Below, piece after piece: positions 51,301 through 62,812 of a stretch of 64,000 nucleotides of DNA. How positions within the stretch are numbered: position 1 is the first letter of the stretch; each line of letters begins with the position of its first letter. Source of the DNA: Hydrolagus colliei. Lineage: Eukaryota. The stretch spans positions 7,688,001 to 7,752,000 of the forward strand of contig CM068750.1 in NCBI GenBank assembly GCA_035084275.1, in the 5' to 3' direction. The position numbers and the translations under genes are program-made. Below the pieces are notes generated by a model. It did not search any database. It had not been told where the DNA came from and saw only the letters and a list, made by a program, of their open reading frames with translations.

Positions 51301-54300
51301 GCTCCTCCACATGTTTATGTTTAAGTGCAAGGCAAAAGACTGAAGTGGATTAAGAGAACACGAGTTGCTCCATTAACAGAGCAAATAACAAGCAGTAATT
51401 TTTAGTTTAATGATCTTGTTCTTTCAGTGCTAACAGGTGTGAAAATATTTCTTTTCATCAATACTTTTAAGCTCAAAATAATGATGTTTTGCAATGTCCA
51501 TTACTAAGACAGGTTAATGTTTCAAGTAAGGCTATTCAACAGAGCTGGATTATTCCTGAAGTATTATTCCAACATGTTCTATTTTTAACTAAGCTTTCCA
51601 ACATTCTTGTATTTTCTTTTCATTTACAAGACTGCTTAGAATTACACATTAAATTGTCAGTCTCCAACTAAGGTGGATGCCTAACTGGTCAGAAATAGGA
51701 ATGGCAAACGGGTACAGTGGAGGAGGCCAGATGAAGGCAAATTGCTTAGCCAGAAGGTGCTATACTCAGCCAATCTGATTTTACTTTACTGTTTATATGC
51801 AGGAATGTATTTATATATATAGCAATAACATTAAATTCACATTCCTTTTTATCCTTTGAAGTTCTCCCTTTCTTATCCTCTGTCAGAATATACATATCCC
51901 TTCCTTGGGTTTTACTTTTTACTTGACATCTTTCTTGCTTTTTGTCTTTCTTCTTTTTGCAGTCAGTTCCCCCCCTCCCTTCCCACCCATCTTGTTTTGG
52001 ATTGCTTGTTTTCTTCCCATCTATCTCGTTTTCTACAAGACCTCTTTGGAGGTGTCCGTTGCAGTATCAACATTCAGACATGCATGATTGCGGCTAATTT
52101 CACAGAGCCACCAAGTTCCAGCTTTCTGCTGGAAATCCTGCGTTGCATATCACTGAGAGAGGGGAGGCAAGCAGAGTAAAACGAAACGTTGAATTTCTAT
52201 AACCAAAATGACCCGTTGTCTTTTTCCTCCGTAATTCACAATTTCAATATCATCTCTCTCTCTCTCAACTATGAGCCAAGGATCTCTCCAGAGTGATTTT
52301 TTAAACTACTTTAAAACTCATCTCTTTGAGAAGCAGGCCAAGAAAATAGCGAAGCAACACTCAAGAAAGTCAAGGAGTTAATTCTAGTTCCCACCTACAT
52401 CTGTAGCTAACCTCGGGGGTGTTGTAAATACAGAAACCTTGCTTGTAACACTAAATCTGATAAAGTGAAAATAGAGGCCAGAGTCATTCAGAAATCTGGC
52501 TTCCATTTGCTACTAACAGCTCTGTGGAATATGAGTGCTACCATAAGGCAGACCCATCTTAGTGTCAGGTCTCAGGTGGTGCTGACACAGACACAATGCT
52601 GGTAATAATAGAGGCAGGGATTGAGCCAGCTGCATCCTTTTCTATCTCGTATCCCACCCCAATTGGCTCCTTCAAACTTTCCTTGCACCACAAAGTGCCA
52701 CAATAGTGGGGTGGGGGGGAAGAAGAAATCAAACAATAAACCTGCACCAAATGGCACACATTTTGTCTGCATGCACAGTCTGGCATGCACACATGCGCAA
52801 ACACATACAGTTTAATTCTGATGAAACAATACTAATGCCTTAGTGAATGAAACATTATTTCGATATGAATAGGCCATTCCACAAATCCATCCACGTAGAT
52901 TCAATTGCTAAGTCCAGGCCGCTAGATTCAATCTCTGCACAAGGAAGTTAGACTACGGCTTTGTGTACACTTTAAGGGGTGCAGTTCATAACATCGCAAG
53001 CTTTCTCAGTAATGTAAAAAGCATATTATATGTCCATATGCAAGTGCGACATCTCAGGAGGGACTCTACACCCTATAAAAGCTGCCACATCTGCATCAGT
53101 CAAGTGATGTCCACATATTTTCAGTCAATTCACTTCACTGTATATTCTATGAAGTGCTTTGAGATGTCTAGAAGATGTGAAAAGCGCTATATCAAATGCA
53201 AGGATTATTATTAACAGATTCACTTTAACACCTACACTCTCAATCGCTTCCACCACAATGTGCAATTAGCTCAACTAAACATTTGGCTAAATGAGGAATT
53301 GAAATGGAAAAAAAGCTTTCAACCATTTTCTCCTGCAGTAAAGATATCATGGGCATCCCTAGGGTACAGAATGCAATTCACGGCTACCGAATAACACACA
53401 TAAACCATCTCCACTAAGACTAATCGCTTGGCAATAGATTTAAAGATTTACAGGTAACAGTCAAAACAATGCTACCAAATTACATTAAATAGGTCAATGA
53501 CTGGATTAGCTAGGGCTCTTTGGCCTCAAAATATGAGATCTCAGGGGGAGCTCTATTCAGATATTAATAGTACAAAATGTTGTAGAGAAAATAAACCCAG
53601 AACATTACTGGCATAGATTTGAAACCCTCCTTCCCACTCTATGTTGACACTTCTATGAAAAAGGTGCAATTTTTAGGTTTTGTATTTCACATTTTTACAG
53701 TGAAACTCGAATAAGTCTGATCTGTATAGTTTGTATAATCTCGTAAATCTGCTCCAGAGTTTATATTCCATACACGTTTGTCATCATTCATACTTTGCTG
53801 AAGTCACATTAAATATATGGTCCCAACTGATGCGATCTATGTGAGATTTACTGTATATTTTCCATAATGCAATGCAACATTTTGAAATACTGCACAGTTA
53901 CACAACATCAAACACAAGTGCGAGCCACACCAGAGTGAAACTCAGTTTCCAACAACTCAGCTCAGCCGGTGGGGGGCGGGACAGGGTGCTTTTAATACAT
54001 ACACACACAAAAAAAAGAATTTGAGGATAAAAAGACTGGTCTTTATTTCAAACATTTGGAAAAAGAAAAGATCAGAAAAAGTCAATGAAAAGAAACGCGG
54101 CGCCTAGATTGCAGATACACACAAAAATATAGAGGAGAAAGACCTTGTGGGAAAACAAAATACCAAAGGCACAGAAAAAGGACACAACAGGAATATTGCA
54201 GAACTGTGCACATGTGTATCATATAAAAGTAGGCAGGCTACATCAACCTATAGCCTGTAGAACACAAACAGCAACACTTATTTCTGGACCAGTTCACACC

Positions 54301-55494
54301 CTCAGTTCTGACCCACGTCACAGTCTGCAATGCGTGGAAAGGGAACACACTGACACCTTGTGTTAAAGCAAAGCTGTGCAACTGAACCTGACATTAATTA
54401 GTGTTGCAGCATTCCCCTCCGTTGCCCTTTTCAGTTAATGGTACAATATTCCATTCAATTAGGTTAGGAATCCAGAGTTAATTCAGGTCGATGCATTCCT
54501 CAAACCCCTGGTTATATTTCTGGAACACGAGTCATTGACGTTCCGCTACTTTGGCAATACTTTGTGCAGGGTTCGTGCAGTGCCACACCAGTAAATAACA
54601 TTCGAACTCATTACTGGGCTCACCCGTTGTGATAGAATGTCTACAATATGACTGTATACTCTTTTGCTCCCTACTCTTTGCAAGATTCTCATAAAGGCCC
54701 GTCACTTTAACTACCACAATCTGCATTTATATTTAGCGTCCTGCGCGTTGGGTAACATCTCGGAGAGCTTTAGACAGGTTAATTAACACAGGTTAAAAGA
54801 ATGCTACATGCTAATTAACACAGGTTAATTAACAAGTAAAGGATTCAAATTCATCTCAGTGAAGCGCTCTGAGACGTTACCCAATTGTTCATTGTTAATT
54901 AACACAGGTTAATTAACAAGTAATGTCTTTAATTAACTTTTTTTTTAATTCACACAATTGGGTCTAACATGCTATCTAAAAATAGTGATTTTTTCACTTA
55001 ATCTCTACAATGTGAAATCCCATTAAAACAACATGACTATTTTTAGCTATCAATATAAATTCAACTCCAAAGCTACTAAATGACATTCATAAAATAATAC
55101 TGGAGCAAGTGATACATTTTCCCAAGATAACACTTGTTAATGATAATCCTTAATAGGGAAAGATTAACAAGAAGATCTTTATGTGGAAAGATATTTAAAA
55201 ATCTCAATAAAATAACTGTTCAATAACTGTGAGGAATTTTCAGTATAGAATAATATAGCTCCCGACTTGTTATAAGGGAGAAGCAATGAGAACAGAAGGG
55301 TAAATATCAGGGAACAACAATGTATCACACTATGTGTTGACCTAACAATTAAATACTCTACTTTCTTCTGCCCCTCTAGTGGAAGCACAATCTACGAGAA
55401 CAGAAATAACCAGTTGCATGCAACATGCCGATTTGTCTGATAGCAAACAAACTGTCTCTAAATAATCTATCCAAACCAGTCATTCAAACAAAAG

Positions 55495-55813
55495 TAATAA
55501 TAATAATCCTTGCATTTGATATAGCACTTTTCACATCTTATCGACGTCTCAAAGTGCTTCACAGAATATACTGTAAAGTGAACTGACTGTATATTTGTGG
55601 GAGTAATGTGGCAGCCAATTGCGCACAGCAGCGTCCCACAAACAGTTGTGGATTGAAATGATCAATTTTTATTATTGTGGGGATTTTTTTGGACAGATTA
55701 TTATCAGGCGTGTGGAGTAAGGAAACTTGCCCAAGGTTTCGCTCTGATCCGCCCTGATCTGAACACAGGTCTCACATTTGTAAGGCGAGTGCTCTAACCA
55801 CTGAGCTACAGGA
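55495..55813 (-). mobile_element. Full-length tRNA-derived SINE, same family, in SPTB intron
   Basis: Plus strand runs from taataataatccttgcatttgatatagc to gtgctctaaccactgagctacagga; collinear with the 20022 copy. Confidence 0.9.
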
Positions 55814-57170
55814 GTTACATGTGCACGTGTCAGATGAAACCGGATACAAATTTCGACATTGAAATCAGCCTTTTATAAGAATCCACGCATAGGAAGTAGT
55901 TTGCTTGTGTTACTCTCCCCACACAGAAGAACAAAGTGATGTTAACATGTGTTAAGTCAAAGCAAAAGTCAAATCAGGACTACATACAGTTAGATAGGGA
56001 ATAGCAAAGCAGACTGAGAATGGGAATTTGAAGGGTATTATCTCAATAGTGGATTCTCCACCAAAATCTGTTCACCAACCATTACATCAAAGGTCCCAGT
56101 AAACATAACTGCTTAACAAGCAACCGTTTTATATTGTATCTACCAGTCTTTATATCCCAGTGGGATTACATGAAGTGTGATTTGCTCGCTGTTTGTGTGA
56201 AGCATTCTATAATCCTAACAAACTTCGGTGAGTTTTAAAATGCAATGTACCATATGTGTAACACGGGCACTAAGAATCATCAGGCAGTTCAGTGGCTTTT
56301 CTACTGGAAGATGACCTTTATGCTTTTATAATTAACTCATATCTTATGTTAATTTCTACAATTTAAAAAAAAAAGTCTGAAAGGATATACCAATCAGATT
56401 GAAACCAATCCAGCTCCGGGCACATTTTCTGGTTTTATTCTATTGCTCTTGGTTTCTTTGAGTAACTCTTCCCAAAGATGGTGCATCATTGGTGTTAGTG
56501 TTTCTATAGTGTTGATGGAGTGGATGTATACAATAAGAGATCCCATCATTTGTTCACTTTCAATGCTATCAGTACATGGATATACTAAGCGACCTTGTAA
56601 TATCAAGTCAATTTTCCTTAACTGGGGGGAACGGAGAGAACTGAAGTGCTGTTACACCAAAGCCTCACAGAGTTCATACAACAATATTCATCAATCAGGT
56701 GAATAATCAATTAACAACTCTGTCTGCAATGTGGAAGCTTCATAAAGAGAGTAGAAACTTGTTATAATGAAGTCGGAGCAAGTCCTTAAAATTCCAACCC
56801 AAAGTTTTAATGGGCAAGATCACTTGTCACACCACACCGCCTTTTCAGCAGCCTCATGTTATAAAGTACAGTAGCACACTTATTACAGGGTTCTACTGTA
56901 ACAATGTTTGAGTCAGGCAGCTGTCTGACGGGCACATGAACTCAACACCATACTAAAAGAGTATCCCACCAAGACAGTGTTCAACATAGGTATACCAGCT
57001 ACGTATGAAAATATTCCACTGTAATCATTCAAGCATTACACACTCACTCTGGTTTGGTTTAGACCTGATTTGTACATCCATAAATTATACAACAACGAGC
57101 CCATGAGAGATGGATGAAAAGAATGAAACAAAAGGGGATAAGTGGTGCACAGAAGAAAATGGTTGGTACT

Positions 57171-57224
57171 CTACAATGCCTTGAAACGCTGGGAACTATG
57201 ACAGAATTTGGATTGGTAACTGAC
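57171..57224 (-). CDS. SPTB: Putative short-isoform C-terminal extension (donor read-through), VSYQSKFCHSSQRFKAL*
   Basis: In-frame continuation past the GTCAGT donor to TAG at 57173-57171. Same position and VS start as the human erythroid beta-I tail, as recalled. Confidence 0.65.
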   Translation of the reverse strand, partial: VSYQSKFCHSSQRFKAL

Positions 57225-57303
57225 CAGTGATTGTTCTTCTACTGTGTGAGGGGATGTTTCTGCTGCCTCTTGGGCTTCTTTCTTCCATTCTTCTCCTGGT
57301 GTC
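57225..57303 (-). CDS. SPTB: Beta-spectrin linker exon (79 nt, phase 2/0) carrying the isoform-switch donor
   Basis: Not in the ORF track: ctttatctttcag|G ACA CCA GGA ... TCA CTG|gtcagt = (K)TPGEEWKKEAQEAAETSPHTVEEQSL. It supplies the phase 2-to-0 change needed between the 58176 and 48348 exons. Confidence 0.82.
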
Positions 57304-58175
57304 CTGAAAGATAAAGTGAATCATTAACTTGTACGGCAATAGCATTGGCTTTTTCCCCAGGGTATGCTACTCTCTGTAAAAAGTGGAAAAATCTCATCTT
57401 GAATTATTTTTTGGCTTTGTGCTGGGTATGTTACCTCATAAATAATACATAAAAACAGAGAAGAAGCTCTTTGTAGCTCTACTGCAAACCTGCCTCATCA
57501 GCCAAACTATGCTTTGATGACTGAAGAGTACATGTCTGTGGATAAGTAAAAGCGTCAAACAGGATCCCCCTAATAATGACGGAATCCCTGGGGACGATTT
57601 GAAACTTTGGTCGCTGGTAATGCATTTGTATTTATTAAAATTTTATGCATGTGATTTTTCATGCAGTTTGTGAATACAAATGCTCAGTCAATTTAAGCAA
57701 GACAATCAAATACTTGTCTGAGTCACGCTTACCAAATGTGATTAACGCAAACAAAAAGCCACCTTGAACTAGAGGGAAATCTGTGGCAAACACTTGCCTA
57801 CAAAGTACAATTACTGCCCTTTACTGTGAATCCTATGAAGCATTAGGAGATGTTCTACTGACATGTAGGATGCAATATCCAATGTAAGTATTATTATTTA
57901 TTGAGACTTTTCATGAATGACCACAGGTTGCCATGATATCCAGCATGTAAACTGCTTCTTTTTTTAAAAAAAAACAGGCTTTAGGTTGTAGCATTTAATG
58001 CAATTGTTACCCACATTGAATCATCTTTGCTTGCTACCACAAGATCAACTTCTAAAGGCAGCCTAATCTTAGTGCAAGTGCAAATCCAGGGGAAGAACTG
58101 GTTGACGTCAAGCAAGTCTCCCTTCCTGCTTATTTAGCTATACCACTGAATGAAACATGAAGCACAGACACTCAC

Positions 58176-58285
58176 TTTTCTTGCTGAATCTCCTCAGAGG
58201 ATTCATGCTCATGATCTTGTTGGCGTTGATCTTCCATGCTCTGTCGCATAGCCTCTTGCTGTTTTCGAATCTCCAGCAATTCCAA
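58176..58285 (-). CDS. SPTB: Beta-spectrin exon (110 nt, phase 0/2), start of post-repeat linker
   Basis: cttgcag|TTG GAA TTG ... GAA AA|gtgagt. Encodes LELLEIRKQQEAMRQSMEDQRQQDHEHESSEEIQQE(K). Confidence 0.9.
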
Positions 58286-58739
58286 CTGCAAGACAGTAAT
58301 AGCCCCGGTGTTCAGCATTAAAAGCCTTTGGGACGGACAATGAATGATGCAATACACACACTTGAACTAATGAAATGGGTCGGTCAATCATAAGAGGGAA
58401 CGGAAATCCAGCAGGTCTTTACATCTTTGACAGAAGTCTACATATTGGTTCAGATTTCCTGAGGCCTCATCAAGCACAGCAGCATTACAGCTGGTTACTG
58501 TATTCAGTGACCAGCATGAAGACCCTGGTAATAGGGCACTGAGCAGCCGGATGTAAACAAAAAGCAATTGCTCTGAATTCCTGTCACAAACTTTCCATCT
58601 CAACTTGACAACTCAAGAACTAAATATGGTTTGAATTTTAGTTACTTAATCTGATAATGACTTAGGAACAAAATAGAACGCTGAAGGGCAAGAGCTATAT
58701 TTCAATATATTCCTATGACAGGAAGACAAATACAATGAC

Positions 58740-59170
58740 ATTTCGCGCAGCAACATCTCACAGCGATTTCGCAGAAACGGTCCCAGATACCAAATACGTG
58801 TGAGGGGAGGAGTGGAAGGGTTTGTAGGCTTTTCATGAAATAAATAGGGAGGGGCAAGGTGGTAGGGTTAAGGAAAGGTGCTCCAAAGTGTGGAGGTTTA
58901 GTGGTTGAGGACTCAGTCCTCAATAGTGAGTTGGGGAACGCACAGCAGATCCAAGACTGTCGAGCAAAGGGGCAAGTAGAAATCTGAGGCTGCAAAATAT
59001 TCCAGAGGTAGACTGGTGCAAAGTTGTGAAAAAAATTATGATAGAGTATCTTGAAGTTGATTCTGCTGGGAGACAGGGTGCAAGTGAAGCCTGGCGAGGA
59101 TAGGGGTGTTGGGCATGCAATGTTTTGTGTGGGTAAGGATGTATGAGCCAGACTTTTTCGATGAAATTAT
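58740..59170 (-). mobile_element. Decayed L2 LINE 3' portion. Similar remnants at about 12330-12580, 36270-36620, 50200-50410
   Basis: Purine-rich plus strand; the minus-strand translation has eroded L2 ORF2 C-terminal character (..P.LW..LP....SL..FK..L.T.L-like), followed by an L2-like tail. Confidence 0.55.
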
Positions 59171-59677
59171 GGGTGAGGTTTAATCACTCACACTCTATAC
59201 ATCTCTCTACATATTCCCTGTGTGTGACACCCTTTAACTCATTTTTGTTTTAGTTCTACGTTACCTCCCACTATAACATTCACTCACATTTGTCTTCCTT
59301 ACCTTCCCACCCCTCTCTCCCACTCTTCTCCTCTTTCCTACTTAGTTTCCCTCTCCAGTTCATTCTCCCTTTCCTTTATTTCCCCTCTCTCTCTTGCTCC
59401 CTCTCTGCCTTCCCTTCCCCTACATTCCCATCCCCCTTCATCTCTTGTACACAATTAACACAAGCTGTAAAAATGGTAACATTTATTACAGCATTATCCC
59501 TTATATGGCATATCATTGTGGTTTCAAAGGAATGGTACATTAATGTCATTCCATCCAAATCACTACCTACGCATTAAAATTGGCTCACTTCATAAACGCA
59601 GCGTAACAGCAATCATCCGTCAGCCAAAGGCAGCTGTTTATTCCTGGGAAGCAAGTGCTCAGTTTAGATCTACTTAC

Positions 59678-59874
59678 TGTGGTGAGTCTCTCCAGTGCGG
59701 AGAACCTCTCATCCCAAGTGGCTGTTGATTTTTCAAAAGCCTCGTGTCTCTTGATCAGCTTCTCAACTTCATCTACGTTGCCACCCATATCACGGCTGTT
59801 AAGATAGGGCTCCTGAGCAATCAGCCAAGCCTCAGCAACTGAGGCATCTCTTGCAAACTGACACACTTCCAACA
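59678..59874 (-). CDS. SPTB: Beta-spectrin exon (197 nt, phase 1/0), partial repeat 17 (alpha/beta tetramerisation site)
   Basis: ctctag|TG TTG GAA ... ACC ACA|gtaagt. Encodes [25 protein letters not shown]...[27 protein letters not shown]. Confidence 0.95.
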
Positions 59875-60586
59875 CTAGAGAAATTAGAGAAACACAATGA
59901 CACAGAACTTGATCTACCCTAACATCCAGTTACATAACAATCCCCATATGCAATGTACTGTATCTACAAATATAGATCCGACAGAAATAAATGACTCCTG
60001 CACCAAGCTATTTATATTTTCTGTAATCAGAATGCCATCACTTGTTAAGTGTATAATAAAGTCCCAACAAGAATGAATGAAGATGGGAGTCATCTTAAGT
60101 TTATCATTTTTGCAAAAGGGTTTTTTTTGGCCTCAGCTTCACTGTGCACATACCTTAATTAAAATATACTTTAAGTGGGAATTGTTGTTGCTAATAAAGA
60201 GGCTGGGAAAGCTTTGGCCACTGTTTATAAGCACATACTGTACATTCCATAAACTGGTAGAACTCTTGATGTGTTTCTAGCATGCAATGGAGTTTTTTTT
60301 AAAATGCTGTTGAAATCCTCCAGGATTATTCCTTTTCTGAAACATTGCCAAGATGTTAAATGTATGCAGTTTAAGAACCTTCATAGTATTTAGTAAAGAA
60401 ACTAAACTCTTGTTGCATTTTTGATTATGGAGCAGAATTGCCACCATAATTTCCCAAAGGCTTCTATTAATGATTGTGTCCAATTATATTTTTTAATTAG
60501 CAGAGTGTGGCAGGAAGCTTGGATTTCAGCAAGCATTTAAAAAATATATAAAATCATGATTATACAACAGAATATATCTGACTTAC

Positions 60587-60671
60587 ACAGACGTAACCAA
60601 TACCAACGTTCATCCCATTTATCCATCATGCCTGTTCTCTTCTCTGCTAGTTGGACCAGCTTTTCTTTTAT
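60587..60671 (-). CDS. SPTB: Beta-spectrin exon (85 nt, phase 0/1), end of repeat 16
   Basis: Not in the ORF track; read manually: tttttag|ATA AAA GAA ... CGT CTG T|gtaagt = IKEKLVQLAEKRTGMMDKWDERWYWLRL. Confidence 0.93.
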
Positions 60672-61183
60672 CTAAAAATGACAAGATCAGTAGGCAATTA
60701 ATACCTGCCTGAACAACCTCTGTTTTAACACTACTACCTTGTCCACCGGAGAAGGTTTATGTGGAAGCTGAAGTTATGTCTCATAGACTGTAGGTGTAAG
60801 CGTTTAGCACTTTAACTTTAGTTGTAACTTATCAGAACAGAAAACAATGTGCTTTGGAGTTAAGGTCACCAAATTTCAGACTCCTCTGTTTTTACCCACA
60901 AATATACAGCCGATTCACTTTACAGTATATTCTGTGAAGCACTTTGAGACATCTAGAAGTGCTATATCAAATGCAAGGATTATTATTTACAAGCATGCTG
61001 AAATTGTATCACAAGATAAAAACTCAGCATTGCATAATTGAAGATTTTAGATAAATACCAGTTAGGTTTCACAATACAAACAGCTATTTGATAACTAGTG
61101 CTGTCAATTTCAACAAACACTGCATTTGATGTCAAATCACAAAGTGAAATTAAAATGATAGCAATTTCTGTGGCTAAACTTAC

Positions 61184-61322
61184 CTCCACAGAGGCGTGAT
61201 GCTGGTGGGCTAACATTGCCTTGCCCAAATCAATGCAAGAGGTGAAACTTTTATTCCTGGCATCAATCTCTGCCCTGATTCCCTGATGGTACTTCATCAA
61301 TAACTCCACAGAAGAGACATCT
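61184..61322 (-). CDS. SPTB: Beta-spectrin exon (139 nt, phase 2/0), repeat 16
   Basis: atgacag|A GAT GTC ... GTG GAG|gtaagt. Encodes (R)[46 protein letters not shown]. Confidence 0.95.
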
Positions 61323-61553
61323 CTGTCATTAAATAACAGCAATTGATTCATTTTAGTACAAAGAATTTGCATTTCGTGTCAAATCTATGGACATGCACAC
61401 ACTCATTCTCTCTACACACATGTGTATTCTCGTTCTTATGATTCAGAACAGAAGCTACAGCCTCTGGCTATTGTTCTTCCCATTTCCTGAAATGTTAGCA
61501 GTACATGTTAGCAGTTAAGCTTCAAGGCGATCCAATGCGGTATTCTAACATAC

Positions 61554-61798
61554 CGTGGTTTCTCTTCCGTTTCAATCTGCCTCATGATGTTCTCCATCCA
61601 GGACATCAAGTCTCGGACCATGCTGAAGAAGCGGAATTTGTCCGCGGTGTCAATCAGCTGTGTGCGTCGACCGTCACATGCATCGAGAAGAGCTTTCCAG
61701 GCCTCAACCACCTCCTGCTCTTGTTTCTGGATTGCTGTGGCTTTGTCTCCCGCGTACGCTGTCTGCAAACGACCTGCGTCATCCTGAAACTGTTGTAC
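61554..61798 (-). CDS. SPTB: Beta-spectrin exon (245 nt, phase 0/2), repeat 15-16
   Basis: ttgcag|GTA CAA CAG ... CCA CG|gtatgt. Encodes [20 protein letters not shown]...[32 protein letters not shown]; VQQFQD and [11 protein letters not shown] are SPTB-like. Confidence 0.95.
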
Positions 61799-62437
61799 CT
61801 GCAACCAAAAAATCCAATTACTTATTCGTGCTAAATAAATGGGAGGATGTAGTGCTGTTCAACACACTATCCTCTCTCAGGTGTACTGGGTGTCAATATC
61901 CACTTTCAATCTGTGCACATACTTTTTAAGGTCACTCCACTTTGAAGCCAATTTCAGATTTATTACCGGTCATAAAACTACGACCAGGTAAAATTATTGC
62001 AGTGAGCAATGTACTGTTGACCGGCTCCATTTAGGAAGAATGGACTCGCTTAGCCCATGGTAGCTTTGAAGGCAACTATACAAGAGGGGAAAATATTGGC
62101 CAACCAATAGAAAAAACTAAACGAATGACTGCATTTACTGAGATTGAATAATCTAAAAGTCTAGTGGGGAAGTTACGAGTCCACAATGACAGTTTTGAAG
62201 AGGATACAACCAAGATGCTTGTTTTCTAAATCAACAAGAGAAAATAGTAAAATAAATTAAATCAATGCCATCTGTGATTTCACGATGTATAAAACTTTCG
62301 GGCGGAACAAAAACCAATCAGAATTTCAACCAAAGTTTGTGCATCAGTCACCGGTTCCTGCAGGGTTTGTGGAAGTTTCGATAACACATGCACCAGTGGG
62401 AGTAATTGTGACATAAAGTGCTCAGTCGCTCATGTAC

Positions 62438-62812
62438 CTGGATTCCGAGGGCGTGGATATCCCTTTCGAATGTGTTGTGCATTCTGTGAAAAGACTCTGC
62501 TGTGTTTGTGTCACGGCCCAGGTCCTCTGGCAACTCCTTGTGCTTGTCCTGTATTAAGCTCAGGAGCTCTTTGCCGTCGTAGAAGAATTTGTGGAGTTCG
62601 TAGGAGGCAGCCAGCAGCTGTGTGCGGGTGTCTATCAGTTCCAACAGATCGGCCCAGGCCTCGTTCAAAGTGTCTTTCCAGTCGGCAATGTCAGCTGCTT
62701 CCGAATGACCGGAATCAATGAGATCATCTATCAGCATGTTCACACTGTCCATTCTCTCTTGACCAATTGTCCCCGTCTCCCGGGCGAACTCACGGAATTT
62801 TTCTCTCAGCAA
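62438..62812 (-). CDS. SPTB: Beta-spectrin exon (375 nt, phase 0/0), repeats 14-15, ankyrin-binding region
   Basis: tctttcag|TTG CTG AGA ... ATC CAG|gtacat. Encodes [20 protein letters not shown]...[17 protein letters not shown]...TAESFHRMH...LGIQ; LLRxKF and TAESFHR are beta-I (SPTB)-type rather than SPTBN1-type. Upstream exons lie outside the window. Confidence 0.95.

Noticed and set aside
54040-54190. Pyrimidine-rich minus-strand tracts with AGs suggesting a microexon
   Set aside because: No convincing paired donor or frame-preserving unit could be defined.
56394-56606. Minus ORF ...TIETLTPMMHHLWEELLKETKSNRIKPENV... as an alternative terminal exon
   Set aside because: The available AG gives phase 1, incompatible with upstream donors (phase 0 or 2), and the pyrimidine tract is weak.
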